Origin: Verrucomicrobiales bacterium
Lineage (GTDB): Bacteria; Verrucomicrobiota; Verrucomicrobiia; Verrucomicrobiales; V1-33
Assembly (NCBI GenBank): GCA_031411295.1
Contig: JANOAV010000083.1
Coordinates: 32,001-96,000 of the forward strand
DNA: 64,000 nucleotides
Direction: 5' to 3'
Position 1 is the first letter of the stretch. Each line of letters opens with the position of its first letter. The notes beneath the pieces were generated by a model. The model had not been told where the DNA came from. It ran no database searches and worked only from the letters and a program-made list of their open reading frames with translations. Of this stretch, positions 34,958 through 44,408 are shown piece by piece. Made by a program: the position numbers and the translations under genes.

Positions 34958-36154
34958 GTGATGGCAAGCGTGCATGTGCTGACGTTAAATGCAGGTTCCT
35001 CCAGCATCAAATTCGCCATTTATGATTTGGCATTTCTTGTGACGCCCTTGCTCAGTGGGCAAATTGAGCGCATGGGATTTTCCGATACCTCCTTCACTGC
35101 GCAACGCCCTTCCGGCAAAGCGCTGAGCATGGAAGCGATTTCTGGTGACGGCCCCGCATTGATTCAAGCCCTGCTCGGTTGGTTGGAAGCACAGCCGGAA
35201 TTTGCTGATGTTTCAGCAGTCGGGCATCGGATAGTTTTTGGCCAACAGCATACGGAATCCGTTGTAGTCACGGAGGAACTCTTAGCCGAGTTGCAAGGCT
35301 ACGCGCTAAATGATCCAGAACATTTGCCGAAGGCACTGGATCTGATTTCAGCGCTTGGCCAGCGCCACCCTGATATCCGGCAGGTAGCCTGTTTCGATAC
35401 CGCATTTCATAGCTCCATGCCTCGCGTCGCCAGAATGTTGCCGATCCCACGTCGCTTTGAACAAAAAGCTGTGCAGCGTTACGGCTACCATGGAATCTCG
35501 TTTGCTTATCTCATGGAGGAACTCGCTAAGCTGGGCGATCCCGCCGCCAAGAACGGCCGCGTGATTCTGGCGCATCTTGGCAGTGGGGCCAGTCTGGCCG
35601 CAGTGCGAAATGGCAAGAGCATCGACACTAGCATGAGCTTTACTCCCGCAGCTGGGTTGATGATGGGAACGCGCTCGGGCGATTTGGATCCTGGGCTGAT
35701 TACGCATTTATTGAGGACGGAGCATTTATCCGCCAACCAGTGGAACGCGCTGGTGACGCGAGAATCTGGGCTCTTGGGGGTATCAGAAACGAGTTCCGAT
35801 ATGCGCGATCTAATTTCACGGGCAACCACCGATGAACGGGCTGCTGAAGCCATTGCGTTGTTTTGCTATCAAGCCAAGAAGTGGATCGGAGGCTATGCCG
35901 CGGCCTTGGGTGGCGTGGATACGTTGGTGTTTGCAGGCGGAATAGGCGAGCACTGTCCCAGCATTCGCGCGAACATCTGTGAAGGTTTGGAGTTTCTTGG
36001 TATCCGCCTTGATCCCAGCTTAAATGCCGCATCCGAGAAGATCATTTCAGATGGCGAAATGCAGTCAATGGTGCGGGTCATGCACACGGACGAAGAACTC
36101 ATGATGGCGCGCGAGGTTTCCGAACTGTGCGGGATGAACCCCATTGCGAAGTAG
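34958..36154 (+). CDS. ackA: Acetate/propionate kinase
   Basis: LNAGSSSIKF, GHRIV, FDTAFH, YGYHGIS, HLGSGAS, MGTRSGDLDP. Confidence 0.93.
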   Translation: MMASVHVLTLNAGSSSIKFAIYDLAFLVTPLLSGQIERMGFSDTSFTAQRPSGKALSMEAISGDGPALIQALLGWLEAQPEFADVSAVGHRIVFGQQHTESVVVTEELLAELQGYALNDPEHLPKALDLISALGQRHPDIRQVACFDTAFHSSMPRVARMLPIPRRFEQKAVQRYGYHGISFAYLMEELAKLGDPAAKNGRVILAHLGSGASLAAVRNGKSIDTSMSFTPAAGLMMGTRSGDLDPGLITHLLRTEHLSANQWNALVTRESGLLGVSETSSDMRDLISRATTDERAAEAIALFCYQAKKWIGGYAAALGGVDTLVFAGGIGEHCPSIRANICEGLEFLGIRLDPSLNAASEKIISDGEMQSMVRVMHTDEELMMAREVSELCGMNPIAK

Positions 36155-36167
36155 GGATACACCCCAT
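36151..36167 (+). promoter_or_regulatory. Regulon box GTAGGGATACACCCCAT, -10-like CACGGT at 36190; weaker tandem site at 36128-36144
   Basis: Recurrent motif upstream of the dehydrogenase operon. Confidence 0.7.
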
Positions 36168-36259
36168 CGCAATCCAGGAAGCTTAGCGCCACGGTGCCAT
36201 GCCTCAACGGCTCCCGCTGTCTAACTGATTGCGCATCATCCATTTCCCCTACCAGAACC

Positions 36260-37642
36260 ATGAGTTATCAGACCATCAATCCCTACAACGGAGAACTTCT
36301 GCAAAGCTTCGAAGAACTTACCGACGCACAACTGGAAGCCGCCCTGGCCACGGCTCAAGCCTGCTTTGAACAATGGCGGGAAACCAGTTTCGCTGAACGA
36401 GCCAGCATCGTCGCGAAGGCTGCTGTGCTCTTGCGAGCGCGGGAAGATGAGTTCGCGAATCTGGCGACGCTGGAAATGGGGAAACTCATAGCCCAAGCGC
36501 GCGGTGAGGTTGCTTTGAGCGCAGATATTCTGGATTACTACGCAGCCAATGCCGAGCGTTTCCTCGCTAGCGAGAAACTTCACCCCAGCTCAGGTGAGGC
36601 CATCATTGAGAGCAGTCCATTTGGCGTGCTGTTCGGAGTGCAGCCGTGGAATTTTCCCTTTTATCAATTGGCACGATTCGTTGCGCCCAACCTCATGGCA
36701 GGAAATGTGGTGGTGGTAAAACACGCCGGTTGCGTGCCCCAATGCGCCATCGCCTTTGAAGGCCTGTGGCGGGATGCAGGAGCCCCTCCAGGCGTTTATA
36801 CAAATTTACTGATCTCCCACGATCAGGTGAACCAAGTGATCGACGATCCGCGCATTAAGGGAGTGGCTCTAACAGGAGGGGTCGATGCGGCCCGCGGAAT
36901 TGCCTCCCGGGCCGGAAAGAATGTCAAGAAGACCACGATGGAACTGGGCGGCAGCGATGCCTTCATCGTCTTGGAGGACGCTGATTTGGAAAAATCAGTA
37001 ACGTGGGCCGTCTGGGCGAAAATGAATAACACCGGTCAGTGTTGCGTGGCCGCCAAGCGTTTCATCGTTGTCGAAGCCGTGGCGGATCGCTTCCTGCATA
37101 TGTTCCGCACCCTGCTGGCAGGTTTGCAGGCAGGCGATCCGATGCACGACTCCACTACGCTGGGGCCGCTCTCCACCGAATCTGCTCTGGAGCAACTGTT
37201 GGAACAAGTAGCCGCTGCCGTGCGGAACGGAGCCAAGCTTGTGCTCGGAGGGAAGCGCCTGCATCGGGCAGGTTTTTATATGGAGCCAACCATTCTGACA
37301 GACATCGCACCTGACAACCCAGCCTATCGCGAGGAATTCTTCGGACCCGTGGCATTGTTCTTCCGGGTGGCCGATGAAGCAGCCGCCATCGCCTTGGCGA
37401 ATGATTCGGATTTCGGTCTTGGTGGCTCTGTTTTCACCAATGACGCAGCCCGGGGACGACGCGTGGCCAGCCGCATTGATACAGGGATGGTTTTCATCAA
37501 TCACCCCACATGGACCTCCGCGGAACTACCTTTCGGCGGGATCAAAAATTCCGGCTATGGCCGCGAACTGTCCAGTTTGGGCATTCATGAATTTGTTAAC
37601 AAGAAACTGATCCGCACGGAATCCATTGATGCTCCAGCCTAA
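36260..37642 (+). CDS. NAD(P)-dependent succinate-semialdehyde dehydrogenase (Sad/GabD1-like)
   Basis: PWNFP, MELGGSD, GQCCVAAKR, EEFFGP. Confidence 0.9.
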   Translation: MSYQTINPYNGELLQSFEELTDAQLEAALATAQACFEQWRETSFAERASIVAKAAVLLRAREDEFANLATLEMGKLIAQARGEVALSADILDYYAANAERFLASEKLHPSSGEAIIESSPFGVLFGVQPWNFPFYQLARFVAPNLMAGNVVVVKHAGCVPQCAIAFEGLWRDAGAPPGVYTNLLISHDQVNQVIDDPRIKGVALTGGVDAARGIASRAGKNVKKTTMELGGSDAFIVLEDADLEKSVTWAVWAKMNNTGQCCVAAKRFIVVEAVADRFLHMFRTLLAGLQAGDPMHDSTTLGPLSTESALEQLLEQVAAAVRNGAKLVLGGKRLHRAGFYMEPTILTDIAPDNPAYREEFFGPVALFFRVADEAAAIALANDSDFGLGGSVFTNDAARGRRVASRIDTGMVFINHPTWTSAELPFGGIKNSGYGRELSSLGIHEFVNKKLIRTESIDAPA

Positions 37643-37667
37643 CTGTCCTTCCCCCAACCTAATCTAC

Positions 37668-38720
37668 ATGAAAATCAAATCCTACGCTGCCAACTCAGCC
37701 GCTAAACCCCTCGCACCCTTTAACTTCGAACGGCGCGCACCTGGCGATCACGATGTCCAGATCGAGATCCTCTTTTGCGGCGTTTGCCACTCAGACGTGC
37801 ATACTGTGCGGAACGAATGGCAGGGCACTACTTACCCCTGCGTCCCAGGGCATGAAATCATCGGCCGCGTCATCAGCGTCGGAGCACACGTGAAGAAATT
37901 CAAAGCAGGCGACATCGCTGGCGTTGGTTGCCTCGTGGACTCCTGCCGGACGTGCGGAAGCTGTGAGGAAAACCTGGAGCAGTTCTGCGAGAAGGGAGCC
38001 ATCTTCACCTACAACTCACCCGACAAACACAGCGGCGGCGTGACTTTTGGCGGTTACTCGGAGAGCATCGTGGTGGATGAAGCCTTCGTGCTGCAAGTGC
38101 CCAAAAATCTGGATCTCGCTGCCACGGCACCGCTGCTTTGCGCTGGCATCACGACTTACTCACCTCTTCGGCATCACGGTGTCACGAAAGGTCAAAAGGT
38201 CGGCGTTGTTGGCCTCGGCGGACTCGGGCATATGGGCGTGAAACTGGCGAAGGCTCTCGGTGCGCACGTCGTGGTCTTCACCACGTCGCTGAACAAGGTG
38301 GACGATGCGCTGCGGCTCGGTGCCGATGAAGTCGTTCACTCCAAAGACGAGAACGCGATGAAAAAGCACCTCAACAGTTTCCATTTCATTCTTGATACCG
38401 TGGCGGCAAAGCATGACATCAACGCCTATCTCATCCTGCTCCGGCGCGATGGCAATCTCACGCAGGTCGGCGTGCCTTCCGAGCCGCTACCCGTGGATGT
38501 CAGCAACCTCATCTTCGGCCGTCGTAACTTCAGTGGATCACTCATCGGCGGACTCAAGGAAACCCAGGAGATGCTTGATTTCTGCGGGCAGCACAACATC
38601 ACCTCCGACATCGAACTCATCCCGATTCAAAAGGTGAATGAGGCTTATGACCGGCTGGTGAAAGGCGATGTGAAATACCGCTTCGTCATCGACATGGCCT
38701 CGCTCAAGCAAGCTCCGTAA
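37668..38720 (+). CDS. Zn-dependent NAD(P) alcohol dehydrogenase (YahK/cinnamyl-type)
   Basis: CGVCHSD, PGHE, CRTCGSC, GLGGLG. Confidence 0.92.
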   Translation: MKIKSYAANSAAKPLAPFNFERRAPGDHDVQIEILFCGVCHSDVHTVRNEWQGTTYPCVPGHEIIGRVISVGAHVKKFKAGDIAGVGCLVDSCRTCGSCEENLEQFCEKGAIFTYNSPDKHSGGVTFGGYSESIVVDEAFVLQVPKNLDLAATAPLLCAGITTYSPLRHHGVTKGQKVGVVGLGGLGHMGVKLAKALGAHVVVFTTSLNKVDDALRLGADEVVHSKDENAMKKHLNSFHFILDTVAAKHDINAYLILLRRDGNLTQVGVPSEPLPVDVSNLIFGRRNFSGSLIGGLKETQEMLDFCGQHNITSDIELIPIQKVNEAYDRLVKGDVKYRFVIDMASLKQAP

Positions 38721-38733
38721 CCCAATCCACCTT

Positions 38734-39735
38734 ATGACCACGACCACCAGCCGCGAGATACGCCTCGCCTCACGCCCCACCGGCGTTCCCACAGCCAGCA
38801 ACTTCACGATTGCCGAAATCGCTCTGCAGCCGCTGCAAGATGGGCAAGTGCTGGTGCGCAATTTATTCATGTCCGTCGATCCCTACATGCGCGGTCGCAT
38901 GAATGACCGAAAGTCGTATGTGCCACCCTTTGAGATTGGCAAGGTGCTCGAAGGTGGGGCCGTGGGCGAAGTGATCGAGTCGCGCTGTGGCGAATTCAAA
39001 GTCGGTGATGTTGTCACGTCCCGCTATGGTTGGCGGGAGGCCTTCATCGCAGCACCCAAGGAGCTGCATGCCGTGAATAAAGCTGCGCAACCACTATCGG
39101 TTTACCTCGGCACCCTCGGCATGACGGGCATGACAGCGTGGGCCGGATTGACGATGGTCGAGGTCAAAGCGGGCGATGTGATCTACATCTCAGGCGCAGC
39201 GGGTGCCGTCGGCAATATGGCGGGTCAGTTGGCGAAGTTGCGTGGTTGCCGCGTGATCGGTTCCGCTGGTTCCGATGAGAAGGTGAAGCACCTGCTGGAG
39301 GAATGTGGATTCGATGCTGCCTTCAACTACAAATCCGGCCCCGTGCTGGAGCAACTGAATGTCGCAGCCCCTGATGGCATCGACGTTTATTTTGACAACG
39401 TTGGCGGTGAGTCTCTTGAAGCCGCGCTGTCAGCCTTGCGGGTGCATGGTCGCATCATCGCCTGCGGTGGCATATCTGGTTACAACGACGAGAAGCCCAA
39501 ACCCGGCCCGTCCAATCTCTTCAACATGACGACCAAGCGCCTCACGATGAAGGGCCTGATCGTAGGTGACTGGCTCGATCGCCAAAGTGAGTTCGAGCAG
39601 GAAGTCGGGGCTCAGTTTCAAGCCGGCAAGCTGAAGAGCGTGGAAACCGTGGTGGCGGGGATCGATCAAGCGGCGGAAGCATTCATCGGTCTCTTTAACG
39701 GCAACAATGTGGGCAAGATGGTGGTCAAATTATGA
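38734..39735 (+). CDS. NADP-dependent alkenal/prostaglandin reductase-like oxidoreductase (CurA-like)
   Basis: SVDPYMRGRM, GAAGAVG, GIDVYFDNVGG. Confidence 0.9.
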   Translation: MTTTTSREIRLASRPTGVPTASNFTIAEIALQPLQDGQVLVRNLFMSVDPYMRGRMNDRKSYVPPFEIGKVLEGGAVGEVIESRCGEFKVGDVVTSRYGWREAFIAAPKELHAVNKAAQPLSVYLGTLGMTGMTAWAGLTMVEVKAGDVIYISGAAGAVGNMAGQLAKLRGCRVIGSAGSDEKVKHLLEECGFDAAFNYKSGPVLEQLNVAAPDGIDVYFDNVGGESLEAALSALRVHGRIIACGGISGYNDEKPKPGPSNLFNMTTKRLTMKGLIVGDWLDRQSEFEQEVGAQFQAGKLKSVETVVAGIDQAAEAFIGLFNGNNVGKMVVKL

Positions 39736-39787
39736 TCCTCGGGCCGCACCCAAATTATTCTCCAAATCCTTAACCCAAACTCTCCCC

Positions 39788-41284
39788 ATGACCAAGAATG
39801 CAAAACATTATCTCATCGGCGGCGGTATCGGATCCATGGCGGCCGCGGCCTTCATGATTCGCGACGGAGGCGTGTCTGGCGACAACATTATCATCCTCGA
39901 GGCGAACCCGTTGATGGGTGGAAGTCTCGATGGAGCGGGCGATGCTGAGCAGGGTTATTCGCTGCGCGGTGGACGCATGCTGACCACCGACAACTACGAA
40001 TGCACGTGGGATCTGTTCAAAACGATTCCTTCGCTCGCCTCGGCCGGTGTGTCCGTTTATGATGAAACCGTCTCGTTCAACGAGAAGCACAAAGCGCATT
40101 CAATGGCTCGACTGGTTGACCGCCGACGTGCGAAAGTGCCTGTCACCTCGATGGGATTCTCCATGCAGGATCGCATGGAGCTGTTCAAACTCAGCCATGC
40201 GGAGGAAGCAGCGCTGGGTGGCAGTGCCATTACCGATCATCTTTCCCCCGAATTCTTTGAAACTGAATTCTGGTTCATGTGGTCCACCACCTTCGCCTTC
40301 CAGCCCTGGCACAGCGCGGTTGAATTCAAGCGATACCTGCTGCGTTTCATGATGGAGTTCACGCGCATCGAAACGCTGGCGGGCGTGAAGCGAACCATCT
40401 ACAACCAGTATGATTCGCTGGTGCGGCCCTTGCAAACCTGGCTGCAAGCCCACGGTGTGCACCTGATCACTGATTGCAAAGTGTTGGACCTGAGCCACCA
40501 GTTAAAAGATGGGGACTTTACCGTTACCAGCATCCAGTGTCTGCGGGCAGGAACGATCGAGGCTATCAAGGTGAATGAGGGCGATCTGGTCTTTCTGCAA
40601 AACGCCTCCATGACAGACTCCTCCAGCCTCGGCTCCATGACCAGCGCGCCCAAACGGCTGACCAAGTCCGATAGTGGTGGCTGGACCCTTTGGGAGAAGC
40701 TGGTGGAGGGACGACCGCACTTTGGCAATCCGGCGGCTTTCAATAGCTGCGTTGCGCAATCCGTTTGGGAATCGTTCACGGTGACACTAAGGAACCCGGC
40801 GTTCTTCGATTTGATGAACCAGCTCAGTGGCAACGAGGCCGGCACCGGCGGACTTGTCACCTTCAAGGATTCCAACTGGATGATGTCCATCGTGCTGGCG
40901 CACCAACCCCACTTCATTAACCAACCTGCCGATGTGCAGGTGTTCTGGGGATATTCGTTGTTTCCGGACCGGATCGGCAACTTTATCGCCAAGCCCATGT
41001 CGGCGTGTAATGGCGCGGAAATCCTGCAGGAACTCTGTGGCCATCTGCGCTTTGATCCGGAGATCATCGCTGCCGCCAACTGCATTCCATGCACCATGCC
41101 CTACATCACCAGCATGTTCATGCCACGTCAGCAGGGCGACCGACCACTTCCGGTGCCTGTTGGCTCGAAGAACTTCGCCTTCATCAGCCAGTTCGTCGAG
41201 ATCCCGGATGATGTCGTCTTCACCGTCGAGTATTCAGTGAGGGCAGCCCAGATGGCCGTCTATCAATTGCTCGGTATCGACTGA
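39788..41284 (+). CDS. Oleate hydratase (MCRA family), probably C-terminally truncated by a nonsense codon
   Basis: GGGIGS, RGGRM, YNQYDS, VFTVEYSVR; frame continues to TAA at 41357-41359. Confidence 0.88.
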   Translation: MTKNAKHYLIGGGIGSMAAAAFMIRDGGVSGDNIIILEANPLMGGSLDGAGDAEQGYSLRGGRMLTTDNYECTWDLFKTIPSLASAGVSVYDETVSFNEKHKAHSMARLVDRRRAKVPVTSMGFSMQDRMELFKLSHAEEAALGGSAITDHLSPEFFETEFWFMWSTTFAFQPWHSAVEFKRYLLRFMMEFTRIETLAGVKRTIYNQYDSLVRPLQTWLQAHGVHLITDCKVLDLSHQLKDGDFTVTSIQCLRAGTIEAIKVNEGDLVFLQNASMTDSSSLGSMTSAPKRLTKSDSGGWTLWEKLVEGRPHFGNPAAFNSCVAQSVWESFTVTLRNPAFFDLMNQLSGNEAGTGGLVTFKDSNWMMSIVLAHQPHFINQPADVQVFWGYSLFPDRIGNFIAKPMSACNGAEILQELCGHLRFDPEIIAAANCIPCTMPYITSMFMPRQQGDRPLPVPVGSKNFAFISQFVEIPDDVVFTVEYSVRAAQMAVYQLLGID

Positions 41285-41405
41285 GAGGTTCCGCCCGTGA
41301 CCCGACACGACAAATCGCTGCAAGTGCAGTTCGAGGCGCTCATCAAAGCATTCAAATAAATCCTTCCCCCCGAATCCCCAGCAAACACTAACCACCAACA
41401 CCATC

Positions 41406-41612
41406 ATGCACCATACCTATCAACAAATCGAACTCACCGGCACCTCCAGCAAATCCGTGGAAGATGCCGTCGCCAGAGCCATTAAGCACGCCCATAAATC
41501 CGATAAGCACCTTGGGTGGTTTCAAGTTATCGAGACTCGTGGACGCTTGGAAGAGGGTAAAATTATTGAGTGGCAAGTGACGGTGAAGATCGGCGGGCGT
41601 GCTACGGAGTAA
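41406..41612 (+). CDS. Dodecin
   Basis: IELTGTSSKSVEDAV, WFQVIETRG, WQVTVKIG. Confidence 0.92.
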   Translation: MHHTYQQIELTGTSSKSVEDAVARAIKHAHKSDKHLGWFQVIETRGRLEEGKIIEWQVTVKIGGRATE

Positions 41613-41648
41613 AGATGTGTCCTCTCCTGAGAAGCCAATCTAGCTAAG

Positions 41649-41891
41649 ATGGGCGTCATCCTCGCAATCCTTGTTGGCATGGTAGTTTTACGGCTCTGCT
41701 ACCTTGCTGGTGAGGGAATGCTTCATGCCGCAGTGTCTGGCTTCTTCAGCATGGCACGGGAGTCAGGCGCTGGAGCCATCGCCACTGGTGAACTGATGCG
41801 CTTCTTTGCTGAAGCACCGTGGTTTCCCATATCGCTCTTGCCGCGTCATGGCGTGCATTGGATGCCCGTGGATACGAATAAGCGCACGTAG
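41649..41891 (+). pseudogene. Fragment of a DUF6544-like protein
   Basis: [23 protein letters not shown] motif in an ORF of only 80 aa. Confidence 0.5.
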
Positions 41892-41901
41892 AAAATCAAA
41901 C

Positions 41902-44391
41902 ATGAAAACAAACACTCTCACGCCCAACCTGCTTTACAAATTGGACGCCTATTGGCGGGCAGCGAACTATTTATCTGTGGGGCAAATATATCTCTGCGAT
42001 AACCCACTGCTGAGGCGACCGCTTTCGCTCAGCGACGTGAAACACATGCTGCTGGGGCACTGGGGCACCACGCCAGGGCAGAACTTCATCTACGTGCATC
42101 TGAATCGGATCATCAAAAAGTATGATCTCAACATGATCTACATTTGCGGCCCGGGTCATGGTGGGCCGGTTGTTACTAGCAACACGTATCTTGAGGGCAC
42201 TTACAGCGAAGTTTATCCACACATCAAGCAGGACGAATCCGGGCTGCAGAAGTTCTTCAAACAATTCTCCTTTCCCGGCGGCATCCCCAGCCACGCCTCG
42301 CCAGAGTGTCCTGGTTCCATCCATGAAGGTGGGGAGTTAGGCTACTCGTTGAGCCACGCATTTGGTGCAGTGTTCGATAACCCTGGTCTCATCGCAGCCT
42401 GTGTCATAGGCGATGGAGAAGCAGAAACAGGCCCACTGGCAACGGCCTGGCATTCCAATAAATTTTTGGATCCTATCACCGATGGAGCCGTCCTGCCGAT
42501 CCTTCATTTAAATGGTTACAAAATCGCGAATCCAACGTTGCTGGCTAGGATTACACGTGAGGAGTTGGATCAACTGTTGCGCGGCTATGGCTGGTCGCCC
42601 TATTTCGTCGAGGAAGAAGCTAACGACCTCATGCATGAAGCCATGGCGACGACGTTGGATAACGTGATTGAAGAAATTCAACGCATTCAATTGGAGGTCC
42701 GTGCGCGTGGCAGTAAAACGCGACCCCGCTGGCCGATGATCGTTATGACCTCGCTCAAAGGCTGGACGGGACCGGAAGTTGTGGACGGCAAGCAAGTGCT
42801 GGGAACGTTCCGCTCACATCAGGTTCCGCTCTCCGATCCTGCTGCACACCCAGAGCATTTGGCCCAATTGGAAGGCTGGTTGCGGAGTTATCAGCCGGAG
42901 CAACTCTTCGATGAGTCCGGGAAATTACGCGCCGATCTAGCAGAATTAGCACCCGCAGGAAATCAGCGCATGGGGGCCAACCCACACGCTAATGGGGGAC
43001 TGTTGTTGAAAGATTTGGAATTGCCGAATTATCGTGATTACGCCGTGACGGTGACGATTCACGGAGAGCCTGGAATTGGCGACACGCGCGTGCTAGGCAA
43101 ATTCTTAAAGGATGTGATTGTGCAAAATGAAGCTCATCACAATTTCCGAATCTTTGGCCCGGATGAAACTTTATCCAATGGCTTGGGGGCGGTGTTTGAA
43201 GCGACGAATCGCCAATGGGATGCAGCCACTGTGGCTGGCGATGAATTTCTGGCACCCGCCGGACGAGTGATGGAAATGCTGAGCGAACACCAATGTGAAG
43301 GATGGCTGGAAGGTTATTTATTAACCGGTCGGCATGGTTTGTTCAATTGCTATGAAGCTTTCATCCACCTTGTGGATTCCATGTTTAACCAGCATGCCAA
43401 ATGGCTGAAGACGTCCTCCCACTTGCCTTGGAGACGTCCGATTGCTTCTTTGAATTACCTGCTGTCATCGCACGTTTGGCGGCAGGATCACAATGGATTA
43501 TCACATCAGGATCCCGGATTCATTGATCATGTGGTGAACAAGAACGCCGAAGTAGTGAGGGTGTATTTGCCACCAGATGCCAATTGTTTACTGTCGGTAA
43601 TGGATCACTGCCTACGGAGTCGGCACTACGTGAATGTTGTCATCGCAGGGAAACACCCCGCTCCGCAATGGCTGAGCATTGAAGCAGCTGAACGCCATTG
43701 CGTTGAGGGAATCGGTATCTGGCATTGGGCCAGCAATGAGGAACGTGGGCGTCCTCGACTGTGGCCGGCTCCAGTTGTCTCGACTGGAGTAATTCAAGCA
43801 CTGGGGGTGAACGAGCCAGATGTCGTCATGGCTTGCTGCGGAGATGTGCCGACGCTGGAAACACTAGCCGCAGTATCCATCCTGCGGAAATATCTGCCCG
43901 AACTGAAAATCCGCGTCGTCAATGTCGTGGACCTGATGAAGCTCCAACCAACCCGAGAACATCCGCATGGACTTACCGATGATGCCTTCGATGCGCTATT
44001 TACCAAGGACAAGCCCATCATTTTTGCTTTCCACGGCTACCCTTGGCTAATCCATCGCCTCACCTACCGACGCACAAATCACGGCAATCTTCACGTCCGA
44101 GGCTACAAAGAGGAAGGCACCATCACGACCCCGTTCGACATGACGGTGCTCAATGATTTGGATCGCTTCCATTTAGTCATGGATACCATTGATCGCCTGC
44201 CGGAAACTGGCGAGAGCAGCAGACTATTGAAGGAGCACATGCAGGCCAAACTCATTGAGCACCGTGAATACATCAATGCCAACGGCCTGGATCTGCCGGA
44301 GATTCGTGATTGGCGATGGGGCAATTCAAGCACCCCTAGACTCGATTACACTGAAGGTGACGCCCTTGTCACAAGCCAAACTCAGCATTAG
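41902..44391 (+). CDS. xfp: Phosphoketolase
   Basis: [38 protein letters not shown]. Confidence 0.95.
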   Translation: MKTNTLTPNLLYKLDAYWRAANYLSVGQIYLCDNPLLRRPLSLSDVKHMLLGHWGTTPGQNFIYVHLNRIIKKYDLNMIYICGPGHGGPVVTSNTYLEGTYSEVYPHIKQDESGLQKFFKQFSFPGGIPSHASPECPGSIHEGGELGYSLSHAFGAVFDNPGLIAACVIGDGEAETGPLATAWHSNKFLDPITDGAVLPILHLNGYKIANPTLLARITREELDQLLRGYGWSPYFVEEEANDLMHEAMATTLDNVIEEIQRIQLEVRARGSKTRPRWPMIVMTSLKGWTGPEVVDGKQVLGTFRSHQVPLSDPAAHPEHLAQLEGWLRSYQPEQLFDESGKLRADLAELAPAGNQRMGANPHANGGLLLKDLELPNYRDYAVTVTIHGEPGIGDTRVLGKFLKDVIVQNEAHHNFRIFGPDETLSNGLGAVFEATNRQWDAATVAGDEFLAPAGRVMEMLSEHQCEGWLEGYLLTGRHGLFNCYEAFIHLVDSMFNQHAKWLKTSSHLPWRRPIASLNYLLSSHVWRQDHNGLSHQDPGFIDHVVNKNAEVVRVYLPPDANCLLSVMDHCLRSRHYVNVVIAGKHPAPQWLSIEAAERHCVEGIGIWHWASNEERGRPRLWPAPVVSTGVIQALGVNEPDVVMACCGDVPTLETLAAVSILRKYLPELKIRVVNVVDLMKLQPTREHPHGLTDDAFDALFTKDKPIIFAFHGYPWLIHRLTYRRTNHGNLHVRGYKEEGTITTPFDMTVLNDLDRFHLVMDTIDRLPETGESSRLLKEHMQAKLIEHREYINANGLDLPEIRDWRWGNSSTPRLDYTEGDALVTSQTQH

Positions 44392-44408
44392 TTGTAATTG
44401 TCACAGTA

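Noticed and set aside
41282..41284. Selenocysteine recoding of the oleate hydratase TGA
   Set aside because: The position appears to correspond to Arg, not a catalytic Cys, and no convincing SECIS-like hairpin was seen.
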